From the NCBI GenBank assembly GCA_002281975.1, contig NCIH01000007.1, forward strand, positions 19,435-83,434: a stretch of 64,000 nucleotides of DNA, written 5' to 3'. Positions 49,459 to 57,575 of the stretch are shown here, one piece after another. Every line of letters begins with the position of its first letter. Position 1 is the stretch's first letter. A program made the position numbers and the translations under genes. Below the pieces are notes generated by a model. That model saw only the letters and a program-made list of their open reading frames with translations. It ran no database searches and was not told the origin of the DNA. This DNA is from Hydrogenophilales bacterium 17-64-11. GTDB lineage: Bacteria > Pseudomonadota > Gammaproteobacteria > Burkholderiales > Thiobacillaceae.

Positions 49459-50603
49459 AGAAGGAAAACGCGTACCAGTTGCGCGAATATTTGCACCACA
49501 AGGTGAGCGAGAGCGCGCACGCCGATCCTTTCAAATCCTCCTTTCTGTATTTTCTTGGATTGTTGAAAGACGGCGTTCCGTCCTTCGATTTTGCGACACT
49601 CTCCTTGTATCAGCGGTGCGCGATTGCGGGCCTCGGCGTTTTGGACGAAACCGTTTCGAGTCTGGATGTCTCCCGCCTACTCGGCCAGGCCGCCAAGATC
49701 GACTCCACGCCACGCCCGTGGGTCTCCGACATGTTCGGCGTCATGGCGGTGAAGTGGCTGGCCGGGCAGATGAACGACGCGCGCATCGCCCGCGAGTTCG
49801 AGAACTGGATTTCAGGATTCCTGGCTCAGCAGGTCAGCGGCGACCACCTCAATGTGTTCGAGAAAGATATCGCGATGTATGTCCGCAGCAGCGACTCCGC
49901 TGTCCATGCGAGCGCTTGCGTGCCGCTCTTTCTTCACTATCGGCAGATACGGCGAATCGAAGACCACCAGACTCGCCTTTCCCTGATCGGCCGCTTCATG
50001 GCCGAGTTCCGGGCGCAGGCGCAAGAAGACGCTTCGACGGCGCTGTTGAGCCTAATGGTTTACGTCTTCGATCAGGTCAATCAGGACGTGGCCGTGGTGC
50101 CGCCGAAAGGCTGGAGCCTCGACGACCTCCTGGGATTTCTGGAGCATATCCCCGTCGGCCTAAAGCGGTGGACATGGGAAGACGCCGGGCGCACAAGAGG
50201 CGCGGAACCCGTCAAATGGCAGGTAGAAAACGAATACCATGTCCAAAACTTGCTCTATGTCCTACTCGCGCCGATCTTCAACGACATCGCGGACGAAGTG
50301 AACCTTCAGCCCGTCGGGCAGAAAAATCCGCGCATTGATCTCTACCTGCCGTCGCTGCATACGATCATTGAGGTCAAATACCGGAAAGACGTGAAGAAGT
50401 CCTTCCCGACGCTCATTGGCGAGATCGCCGAAGACGCGTCCCTCTATCGCGCCGACACGAAATACAAGGATGCGCGGATCGTCAGCTTCCTGTGGGACCG
50501 CACGCGCGCGACGCAAGAACATGCCAAATTCAAGGAGGGTGTCTTAAAGATCGACGGAATTGATGGGTGTGTCGTAATTAGCGCACCCTCAACAATGAGC
50601 TAG
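49446..50603 (+). CDS. Argonaute-associated PD-(D/E)XK nuclease
   Basis: ATG overlaps the Ago stop by 13 nt; ENEYHVQNLLY, RIDLYL..IIEVKY, EIAEDASLY. Confidence 0.8.
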   Translation: MVPVEKENAYQLREYLHHKVSESAHADPFKSSFLYFLGLLKDGVPSFDFATLSLYQRCAIAGLGVLDETVSSLDVSRLLGQAAKIDSTPRPWVSDMFGVMAVKWLAGQMNDARIAREFENWISGFLAQQVSGDHLNVFEKDIAMYVRSSDSAVHASACVPLFLHYRQIRRIEDHQTRLSLIGRFMAEFRAQAQEDASTALLSLMVYVFDQVNQDVAVVPPKGWSLDDLLGFLEHIPVGLKRWTWEDAGRTRGAEPVKWQVENEYHVQNLLYVLLAPIFNDIADEVNLQPVGQKNPRIDLYLPSLHTIIEVKYRKDVKKSFPTLIGEIAEDASLYRADTKYKDARIVSFLWDRTRATQEHAKFKEGVLKIDGIDGCVVISAPSTMS

Positions 50604-50697
50604 CGGGATTCAGGTTCCTGATGACCCGTGATCGCGAGCTACGGCACGTTCTGCTTTGGTCGTTGAGACCTGCCGCGCCCGGATTTTGAAGTGCAGC

Positions 50698-50727
50698 AAA
50701 AAGCCCCGGCGCGGTCTGCGCCGGGGC
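50698..50727 (-). terminator. Intrinsic terminator of parB
   Basis: GCCCCGGCGC/GCGCCGGGGC stem with a T-run on the minus strand. Confidence 0.7.
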
Positions 50728-50746
50728 CATGCTTCACGCGGCTACC

Positions 50747-52759
50747 TCATGCCGCCAGCGTTTCCGCCGCTTCGGTGTCGGCCTCTGCGTCGATTTCCTG
50801 CGCCGCGCTGCCCTCTGCCGCGAACAGGGCGGGCATCCAGCCGGTGCCTTCGGCCAGACGCTCGGCCTCGCTGGCAATGTCGGTCTTCTTGAGCTTGGAC
50901 AGCCGGGTGACGTGCGACGGCGCGAACTGCTGCACGGCTTCCAGAATCACGGCCTTGGACACATGGTTGAAGTAGCCTTCGGCGGTCGGCTTCCACCATG
51001 CGGCCATGTCCAGCCCGACCGCCTGCGCCAGTTCCGCGCCGGGCTGGTGCTGCGTGGCGCGTGGCGTTACCACGTCCACGCTGGCGGCCACGCATACGCC
51101 CAGCAGCCGCACCAGTTCGCCTTGCTCCATCGCCAGCAGCGCGGCAAACAGTTCGGCGCTGTCCTGCGGCAGCCGCTCGCCCCATGCCTGCCGCACTTCG
51201 CGCAGCGCCACGGCGGCGGGTGATTCCGGCCAGTCGGGCGCGTGGGTGTCCAGCCTATCCTGCATGGTCAGGCGCACACCGAGCGGCAAGTCGTGGCCGT
51301 AGTGATCTTCCTGCAAGACGGTCTGCACCATGCGATGCACCAGCGCGGCCAGCGCCACCTGCGGGTGCCGGGCCACTTCGATTTGCAGCGCGGCGGTGCG
51401 GTGCGCGCTCAGGCGTTGCGCCAGCCGGTCGGACAGGTTCGCAGCCTTGGGCGGCGCGGCGTCCTCGCCTTCGTCGTCGTTCGCGTCTTCCGTTCCGGTG
51501 AAGCCTTGGCGCAGCTTTTCCAGTGTGCGCAGTGCCTTGGCCTCGGCCTCGCGCAGCAGCCCGCGATGAATCGCGGCCTCACCGTCGCGGTCGATGGTGA
51601 CGATGACACCGGCGACGGCGCGCACGTCCGGGACGTAGCCTTTCAGGGCGTCCTGCACGGCTTGCAGTTCTGCGGCCACCAGCTCGCGCTGCTGTTCCAG
51701 CGCCTCGGCCTTGTCTTCGTCCTCGGCGTCGTAGGCGTCTTCCAGCGCCCGGTCGATCTTGTCGAGACGGGCTTGCAGCGAAGCGATGCGGCGGGCCTCG
51801 CGGGCGTTCGGTTCGCGCTGCTCACGCGGGGCGTTCTGGAACGCCTGCCGTTCGGCGTAGCTCAGGTGCGGCACGGCTTCCACCCATGCCCAACCCTCGG
51901 TGCGCACGTCCTCGGCCAGCGCATCCAGCTTGCCGCGCACCAGTTTTTCCAGCAGCGGGGCATCGACCAGAAAGGTGCCGCTGTCGTCGTCGGCGAACAG
52001 GTCGCGGCGGATGCCACCGCCCGCCGCCGTGTAGGCGTCCAGCCCGGCGAAACGCACCAGCGGGTGCGTGGCGTCGATCTCGCGTTCGGTCAGGCGTTCG
52101 CGCAGCGCGGATGCGCCGCGCTGCCATTCCGGCGCACCGTAGAACGCGGCCTCCTGCGCGGCGTGGTCGTCGGTGATGGTCAGCGCCATCAACTGTTCCA
52201 GCGTCACGGCTCCGGCCCGGTAATCGGCCATCAGGCGCGGCGAGACGTTGGCGAGTTTAAGGCGGCGCTGCACCACCAGCGGGGACACGCCGAAGTCGGC
52301 GGCAATGTCCTCGATGGGGCGGCCTTCCTCGACCAGTGCGGCGAACGCCTCGAACTGGTCGGCGGGGTGCATCTGCTCGCGCAGCAGGTTTTCGGCGAGG
52401 CTCACGGTGCGGGCGCTGCTGTCTGCCACCAGCAGGCACGGCACCTCAAAGTCGGCGGGGATGCGCTTCTTCTTCGCCAGCAGCTTCAAGGCAGTGAGGC
52501 GACGATCACCGGCCACCACTTCGTACTGCTCGCCATCGGCGGCAAGGATGACGATCAGATTTTGCAGCAGGCCAATGCGGGAAATGCTCGCGGCCAGTTC
52601 GGGGATGGACAGGCGCGGGGTCGTGCGCGCGTTGCGCTTGGAGCGACGCGGCAGCAACTGCGACAGCGGAACCAGAATCAGGTTCTTGGTGGGGTCGGCC
52701 ACTTCCAGCGTGGCGGCGGTGTGGATGGCGCGGGTTTCGGTTTGGGTTACGGCGTTCAT
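50747..52759 (-). CDS. ParB/Spo0J-domain protein
   Basis: LAASISRIGLLQNL, VVAGDRRL, SLAEN..REQMHPADQ. Confidence 0.9.
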   Translation of the reverse strand: MNAVTQTETRAIHTAATLEVADPTKNLILVPLSQLLPRRSKRNARTTPRLSIPELAASISRIGLLQNLIVILAADGEQYEVVAGDRRLTALKLLAKKKRIPADFEVPCLLVADSSARTVSLAENLLREQMHPADQFEAFAALVEEGRPIEDIAADFGVSPLVVQRRLKLANVSPRLMADYRAGAVTLEQLMALTITDDHAAQEAAFYGAPEWQRGASALRERLTEREIDATHPLVRFAGLDAYTAAGGGIRRDLFADDDSGTFLVDAPLLEKLVRGKLDALAEDVRTEGWAWVEAVPHLSYAERQAFQNAPREQREPNAREARRIASLQARLDKIDRALEDAYDAEDEDKAEALEQQRELVAAELQAVQDALKGYVPDVRAVAGVIVTIDRDGEAAIHRGLLREAEAKALRTLEKLRQGFTGTEDANDDEGEDAAPPKAANLSDRLAQRLSAHRTAALQIEVARHPQVALAALVHRMVQTVLQEDHYGHDLPLGVRLTMQDRLDTHAPDWPESPAAVALREVRQAWGERLPQDSAELFAALLAMEQGELVRLLGVCVAASVDVVTPRATQHQPGAELAQAVGLDMAAWWKPTAEGYFNHVSKAVILEAVQQFAPSHVTRLSKLKKTDIASEAERLAEGTGWMPALFAAEGSAAQEIDAEADTEAAETLAA

Positions 52760-52830
52760 GGTGATGACTCCTAGAGAATGAGAGAAACGAGGGAATGAAT
52801 GGAGGGGCTGCCCGCCCCTCCGCGTGGGGT

Positions 52831-53658
52831 TCAGGCTTTCAACTGGCGCATACCATCGGCGAGCAGCCACAAGGCGCGGTTCAGGCGCACGGATTGGTCG
52901 ATGCCTTGCACGGGGCGCGTGCGCTGGCGGCGTCCGTTGGCGCTGCGGCCTATCAGTCCGCCTTGCGTCAAGTTCTCCTGCGTGCGGTTGAACACGCTCC
53001 ACAGGTCGGGGCGGCGGTCGTCGAAGCGGCGCGAGGCCAGCACTTGGCTTTCGGTGATCGGTGCGGGCTTGTCCGGGTCGTCGTACTTGAGAGCCAGCGC
53101 GGCGCGGGCGAAGACTTCGGCCTCGCCGCTGTCTAGCGTGATGGCCTGCATGGCATCGCGGGATTCCTGCGCACGCTCGAAGCCGTGCAAGACCTCATAA
53201 GCGCCTTCGATGACGTGGCCCGCCACGTCGCCCTTGTGAGGCACGCGCACGTCCGCCACGGTGTCGCCGCAGACAAGGCCATTGCTGCACACGAAACGGA
53301 ACATCCCGGCCAGCATCTGGTAGCTGCTGGTGCCGTCGTGCGAGTTCAGCAGGATGATTTCGTTGGCTTCGCTGCCGTTGATTTGGCTGGCGTGGCGCAG
53401 TCGAATCATGTGCTTGGTGTAGTCGCGGCGGTCGTCCTGCCGCACGCGGGTCTGGCACACCATGAAGGGTTGGAATCCTTCGCCGCGCAGTTCGGCCAGC
53501 ACCGTGGCGGTGGGGATATAGCTGTACCGTTCGGAGCGGCTGCCGTGCGGGGCTTCCGCGAAAATGGACGGCGCCACACGGCGAATCTGGTCATCCGACA
53601 AGGGGTGTTCCGAGCGCAGCACCGGGGATCGGGATGCGAAACGGGAGGCAAGTTGCAT
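52831..53658 (-). CDS. DUF932 family protein
   Basis: SRSERYSYIPT, KHMIRLR, LLNSHDGTSSY, RFVCSNG. Confidence 0.93.
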   Translation of the reverse strand: MQLASRFASRSPVLRSEHPLSDDQIRRVAPSIFAEAPHGSRSERYSYIPTATVLAELRGEGFQPFMVCQTRVRQDDRRDYTKHMIRLRHASQINGSEANEIILLNSHDGTSSYQMLAGMFRFVCSNGLVCGDTVADVRVPHKGDVAGHVIEGAYEVLHGFERAQESRDAMQAITLDSGEAEVFARAALALKYDDPDKPAPITESQVLASRRFDDRRPDLWSVFNRTQENLTQGGLIGRSANGRRQRTRPVQGIDQSVRLNRALWLLADGMRQLKA

Positions 53659-53736
53659 GGTCTTTCTCCTGACAAAGGGTTTGCTGTTGAAACCCCACCG
53701 GATTCCTAGATTCGGAGCCCGCCTTTCGGCTTTCCG

Positions 53737-53989
53737 GTGGGGTCGGCGCGGAGACCTGGGCCGGCCTCGTTGCCACCGTCTTTCCTGAGTTCATCGCCCG
53801 CGACGGTCAGGAGCGCGCGGACGGGGGCCGTCAAGGAAACAAGCGACGGGTTGGTGCGGCCCGCAGCGCAGCGAGGACACGGCCCGGCGCGCCTTGACGG
53901 CACACGGGCGCGGGCTACAGTCGCGGATGAGGTGATGAGCGAGGGAAGACGGCGGTTGTGGCAACGGCCGCAGATGGCGCCGACCCCAC
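53737..53989. promoter_or_regulatory. ~250-bp imperfect inverted repeat, Frpo-like ssDNA promoter candidate
   Basis: Arms GTGGGGTCGGCGC/GCGCCGACCCCAC, CGTTGCCAC/GTGGCAACG, GCCGTCAAGG/CCTTGACGGC; TTGACG-16-TACAGT in the right arm. Confidence 0.65.
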
Positions 53990-54030
53990 GCAAGCGAAGC
54001 GCGCAGGCCCGGATCGAGGAGCCGGGCCGA

Positions 54031-54120
54031 AGGCGTCAGCCGAGCGGAGCGAGGGAACGATGGAAGCCCGCACGGGGCGAGACGCCGAAGGTGGCTCGAT
54101 GCGCAGCACGACAGCGCGAC
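54031..54120 (+). repeat. ~90-bp repeat, copy 1 (copy 2 at 56591-56682)
   Basis: AGGCGTCAGCCGAGC.GAGCGAGGGAACGATGGAAGCCCGCA...GGCTCGATGCGCAGCACGACAGCGCGAC. Confidence 0.85.
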
Positions 54121-54282
54121 CGGCTAACTAGCCGGAGACGCTCGAATCGAAGTGTGAGTCGTGCAGTGCGCCTACGATCACGTAAAGTCGCAGACAACAG
54201 GCGTGCGGAAGTTAAGGGTCAAGTAGCCAAAGCACATAAATAACCGATGAAGCGACTTAACTATTTTGCGCGAGGGACATAG

Positions 54283-55116
54283 ATGATTCCGAGGTTCAAT
54301 ACCGACATCGTTGGGGCAATCGTCCAGGCAGATTGCCGAGGCGTTCCCTATGAAGAAATGAGGGATCTCTACATCCAACGGAATGTCTTTGAGGTAGCTC
54401 TTGACGCCCCCGTGTATCGAATCATGGAACTCCAATACTTCCGCGAGGATTTAAGCAGAAAGTGTCTTACCTACACCAAGATCGACAAATCAAACTGGGG
54501 CGATTCATCGGAGAATCCACTGCTCGACCGGGAGTTCAAGGATGTTGTCACGGGCGCACCACTGACGCTCAATGGCGTGGTTGCCTCGGTCTACGGCTCC
54601 TGCTGGTCGGCCACGGCCCTTGACGCGCAATCAGACTGGGCAATTTTTTCTCGTCGCAATCCCTCCGTGCGCGTGCAATCGACACCCAGGAAGCTACTGG
54701 ACGCTGCGATGAGCAGAGGCAACGAGTTCTATATGCTGCAACACGTCATCGGCAAGATGCAGTACGCCACAGACGCCGAAATAGAGGCGCATTTCTCCGA
54801 TCAAAACTGGGAGAAGCATCTCGACAGCCTTGGGCAAGGGATTGCAGCGTCCTTCTTGCGGTTAAACAATAATCTTTCGAGCGAAGATGAAGTCAGGCTC
54901 CTCTACGACCACACTGATGGGGCGTGGCCCAAGTCCAATGTTCGGATCGTAGATCGCTTCGCAAAGGTGCCATTCGATTGGCTTGCTGCGGTCAATGGCG
55001 TGGTAGTTGGCCCCTTTGTGTCCGATGGGGGCGAAGCAATAGTCCGCAGCGAATTGCAAGGCTTCGGGATCAACTGCGCGGTGTCGAGCAGTCCAACCAG
55101 AACTAGCGTCGGCTAA
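54283..55116 (+). CDS. Hypothetical protein, DUF2971-like
   Basis: YGSCWS...DWAIFS...EDEVRL pattern; GAGG RBS. Confidence 0.55.
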   Translation: MIPRFNTDIVGAIVQADCRGVPYEEMRDLYIQRNVFEVALDAPVYRIMELQYFREDLSRKCLTYTKIDKSNWGDSSENPLLDREFKDVVTGAPLTLNGVVASVYGSCWSATALDAQSDWAIFSRRNPSVRVQSTPRKLLDAAMSRGNEFYMLQHVIGKMQYATDAEIEAHFSDQNWEKHLDSLGQGIAASFLRLNNNLSSEDEVRLLYDHTDGAWPKSNVRIVDRFAKVPFDWLAAVNGVVVGPFVSDGGEAIVRSELQGFGINCAVSSSPTRTSVG

Positions 55117-55190
55117 GATCAGGACACTAGGCGCAGCAGAAAAAAAGCGCGCCGCCCCGCAGGACGACGCGCCGGATGGTTGCCGCGCGA

Positions 55191-55577
55191 TCAGTGCGCG
55201 ACCATCGACTGCAACTGCTCGATGACGCCAGGCTCAACGAAGACGCACGGCTGCTTGTCCGCGATCGGCACGTTGAACACCTTGGCGAACACCTCGCGTT
55301 TCAGGTGCGCCAGGCGGCCCGTGCGATGCGCCTGTTCAGGCTTCAAGCGACCACCACCCGCCGGCGAGCCACTGCGCTGCGGGTCGCATTCAACCAAGGC
55401 GACAAAGCCGTCATCGGACAGCTTCTGGTGTTCGGTGCACAGGCCCCAGCCTGTCGTCGTGTGGCGTTCCAGGCTCGCGCGCAGGCGCTTGTCGAGAAGA
55501 AGGTTGCCAGTGTCGTAAGCGACGCCGCAGACAAGGCAGACATGACGTTCCAGTGAAACATGCGATTTGTCGTTCAT
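55191..55577 (-). CDS. Conserved ICE hypothetical protein
   Basis: MNDKSHVSLERHVCLVCG..GWGLC; backbone-like codon usage, follows radC. Confidence 0.8.
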   Translation of the reverse strand: MNDKSHVSLERHVCLVCGVAYDTGNLLLDKRLRASLERHTTTGWGLCTEHQKLSDDGFVALVECDPQRSGSPAGGGRLKPEQAHRTGRLAHLKREVFAKVFNVPIADKQPCVFVEPGVIEQLQSMVAH

Positions 55578-55586
55578 GATGACGAT

Positions 55587-55810
55587 CTCCGGTTGCAGGG
55601 GCGGAATTGCCCGGAACCGTCGCCAGCACGGCGCAGCGCAAGCAGTCACAGGGTCGAAGACGGCCGCCAGGACGCCAGCGCGCAAGGCGCGCGCCGCCCT
55701 TGACGGCGAGAACGCCGTGATACGGTGAAGGGAACAGCAAGACCGCCCATCCCGACCTCCAACGAAGGCACGGACAGGCAAGCGGAGCGCGCAGGCCCGC
55801 AGGGCCGGAG
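55587..55810 (+). repeat. ~220-bp repeat/hairpin, copy 1 (copy 2 at 56371-56591)
   Basis: CTCCGGTTGC..GGGCGGAATTGCCCGGAACCG...CCCTTGACGGCGAGAACGCCGTG.TACGGTGAAGGGAACAGC. Confidence 0.85.
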
Positions 55811-55831
55811 ATCGTCGGCATCGGACGCAGC

Positions 55832-55852
55832 AAAAAGGGGGCCGAAGCCCCC
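55832..55852 (-). terminator. Intrinsic terminator of radC
   Basis: GGGGGC-CGAA-GCCCCC plus a T-run on the minus strand. Confidence 0.7.
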
Positions 55853-55856
55853 GCGA

Positions 55857-56363
55857 TCACAACAGCCCCCGTTCGGCGAAGGACGCTGTGGACTCGCCAC
55901 CGACAACGATGTGATCCAGTGCACGCACGTCCACCAGCGCCAGCGCATCCTTGAGCCGCTGGGTGATCTGTCTGTCGGCCTGACTCGGCTCAGGGTTCCC
56001 ACTCGGATGGTTGTGCGAGAAAATCACAGCCGCCGCATTGAGCCGCAACGCCGTCTTCACGACTTCGCGCGGATACACCGCCGCCGAGTCGATGGTGCCG
56101 CGGAACAGCTCGGCGTACTCGATCAGCCGATGCTGGCTGTCGAGGAACAGTGCCGCGAAGACTTCGTACTCGAAGCCGGCCAGCTTGGTGCGCAGGTAGT
56201 CCTTGACCAGCATCGGCGATGTGAACAGCGCACCGCGCGGGATCTTCTGGTCGATGACCTGGCGGGCCGCCTCCAGGATCTGATCGGCGGTGGCCAGCAT
56301 GTAGCGCCCCTGGCTGTCACGCACCAGCAGCGAGGAATCGAAAGCGAGAGAGAGTTGCGACAT
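55857..56363 (-). CDS. radC: RadC/JAB domain protein
   Basis: VYPREVVK, HNHPSG..EPSQAD, LDHIVV. Confidence 0.93.
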   Translation of the reverse strand: MSQLSLAFDSSLLVRDSQGRYMLATADQILEAARQVIDQKIPRGALFTSPMLVKDYLRTKLAGFEYEVFAALFLDSQHRLIEYAELFRGTIDSAAVYPREVVKTALRLNAAAVIFSHNHPSGNPEPSQADRQITQRLKDALALVDVRALDHIVVGGESTASFAERGLL

Positions 56364-56370
56364 GATCGTG

Positions 56371-56682
56371 CTCCGGTTGCTCGGGCGGAATTGCCCGGAA
56401 CCGGCGCCAGCACGGCGCAGCGCAAGCTGTCATAGGGTCATGGACGGCCACGGCCGCAAGCGTGCGAGCACGCGCAGCCCTTGACGGCGAGAACGCCGTG
56501 GTACGGTGAAGGGAACAGCAAGACCGCCCATTCCCACCTCCAACGAAGGCACGGGTAGGCAAGCGGAGCGCGCAGGCCCTCAAGGGCCGGAGGCGTCAGC
56601 CGAGCAGAGCGAGGGAACGATGGAAGCCCGCATGGGGCGAGACTCGCGCAGCGAGGCTCGATGCGCAGCACGACAGCGCGAC
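56371..56682 (+). repeat. Composite of both intergenic repeats upstream of radC
   Basis: 56371-56591 matches 55587-55810; 56591-56682 matches 54031-54120. Confidence 0.85.
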
Positions 56683-56848
56683 GGCGGCACGCCGGGACGC
56701 ACGGATTCCCTCCCTGAATATCCTTGTGGAGTGAACCCTATGCGGCATTTATAGTTGTCTGTCGGCCGGCTGTCGGGTTGCTGTCGTGTTGTCCTTGTTC
56801 CTGGCTCCCCATACTTCGCCACGTCTACTGAAAACGAAGGAGCCGCCC

Positions 56849-57544
56849 ATGAACACTACAGAACATGCTCAACAAACCCGTCTGCTGACCCCGGCCGAAC
56901 TGGCCGTGTGCATCAAGATGTTCCGCGAGATGCGGCAGTGGTCACAGGAACAGTTGGCCGCGATTTCCGGCCTCAACGTGCGGACGATCCAGCGGGTCGA
57001 GCAAGGCTTGTCCGCCAGTCTTGATACACGTCGTGCTCTTGCTAGGGCGTTCGAGTTCGAGGACATCGACGCACTCAACAAGCCGTTCACCATTCCGTCC
57101 GAGGAAGAATTCAAGGCCGAGAAAGAAAAGTTCGATCGGGAGCACGTCACGCTGACGGCCACCCCACTGACAACAGGCAAGCAGTTGGCCAAGTTGGCCG
57201 AGTCCTGCACGATGGACTTGTCAGAGCCAGCCTTCGAGCTGACCCGCGAAGCGGACGAGACATTCGCCATGCTGGTGGACTACTTCCGCGACTACCGGGA
57301 CTGCGCCGATGCCTACAGCGAAACGCAGAAGTTCGAGATATACGACGAGATGCAATCCCACATCGACGCGCTCAAGGCGCTCGGCGTCTCACTGCGCAGT
57401 GCCACGCGCAAGGTGCAGGTAAAGTGGGGTTTGGAGCAGGACAGCAAGCCGATGCCTGCCAGCGTGTTGTACGTGGTGGCTTTCCCACTCGGTAAGGAGC
57501 CGGAGCAGTTTGCAACGCCGAAGTCTGCCGGCATCCGCCTGTAG
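56849..57544 (+). CDS. XRE-HTH protein with unknown C-terminal domain
   Basis: REMRQWSQEQLAAISGLNVRTIQRVEQG; AAGGAG RBS. Confidence 0.8.
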   Translation: MNTTEHAQQTRLLTPAELAVCIKMFREMRQWSQEQLAAISGLNVRTIQRVEQGLSASLDTRRALARAFEFEDIDALNKPFTIPSEEEFKAEKEKFDREHVTLTATPLTTGKQLAKLAESCTMDLSEPAFELTREADETFAMLVDYFRDYRDCADAYSETQKFEIYDEMQSHIDALKALGVSLRSATRKVQVKWGLEQDSKPMPASVLYVVAFPLGKEPEQFATPKSAGIRL

Positions 57545-57575
57545 CGCGGAATGCGTCAGGGTCGGTTCGAGGTCA

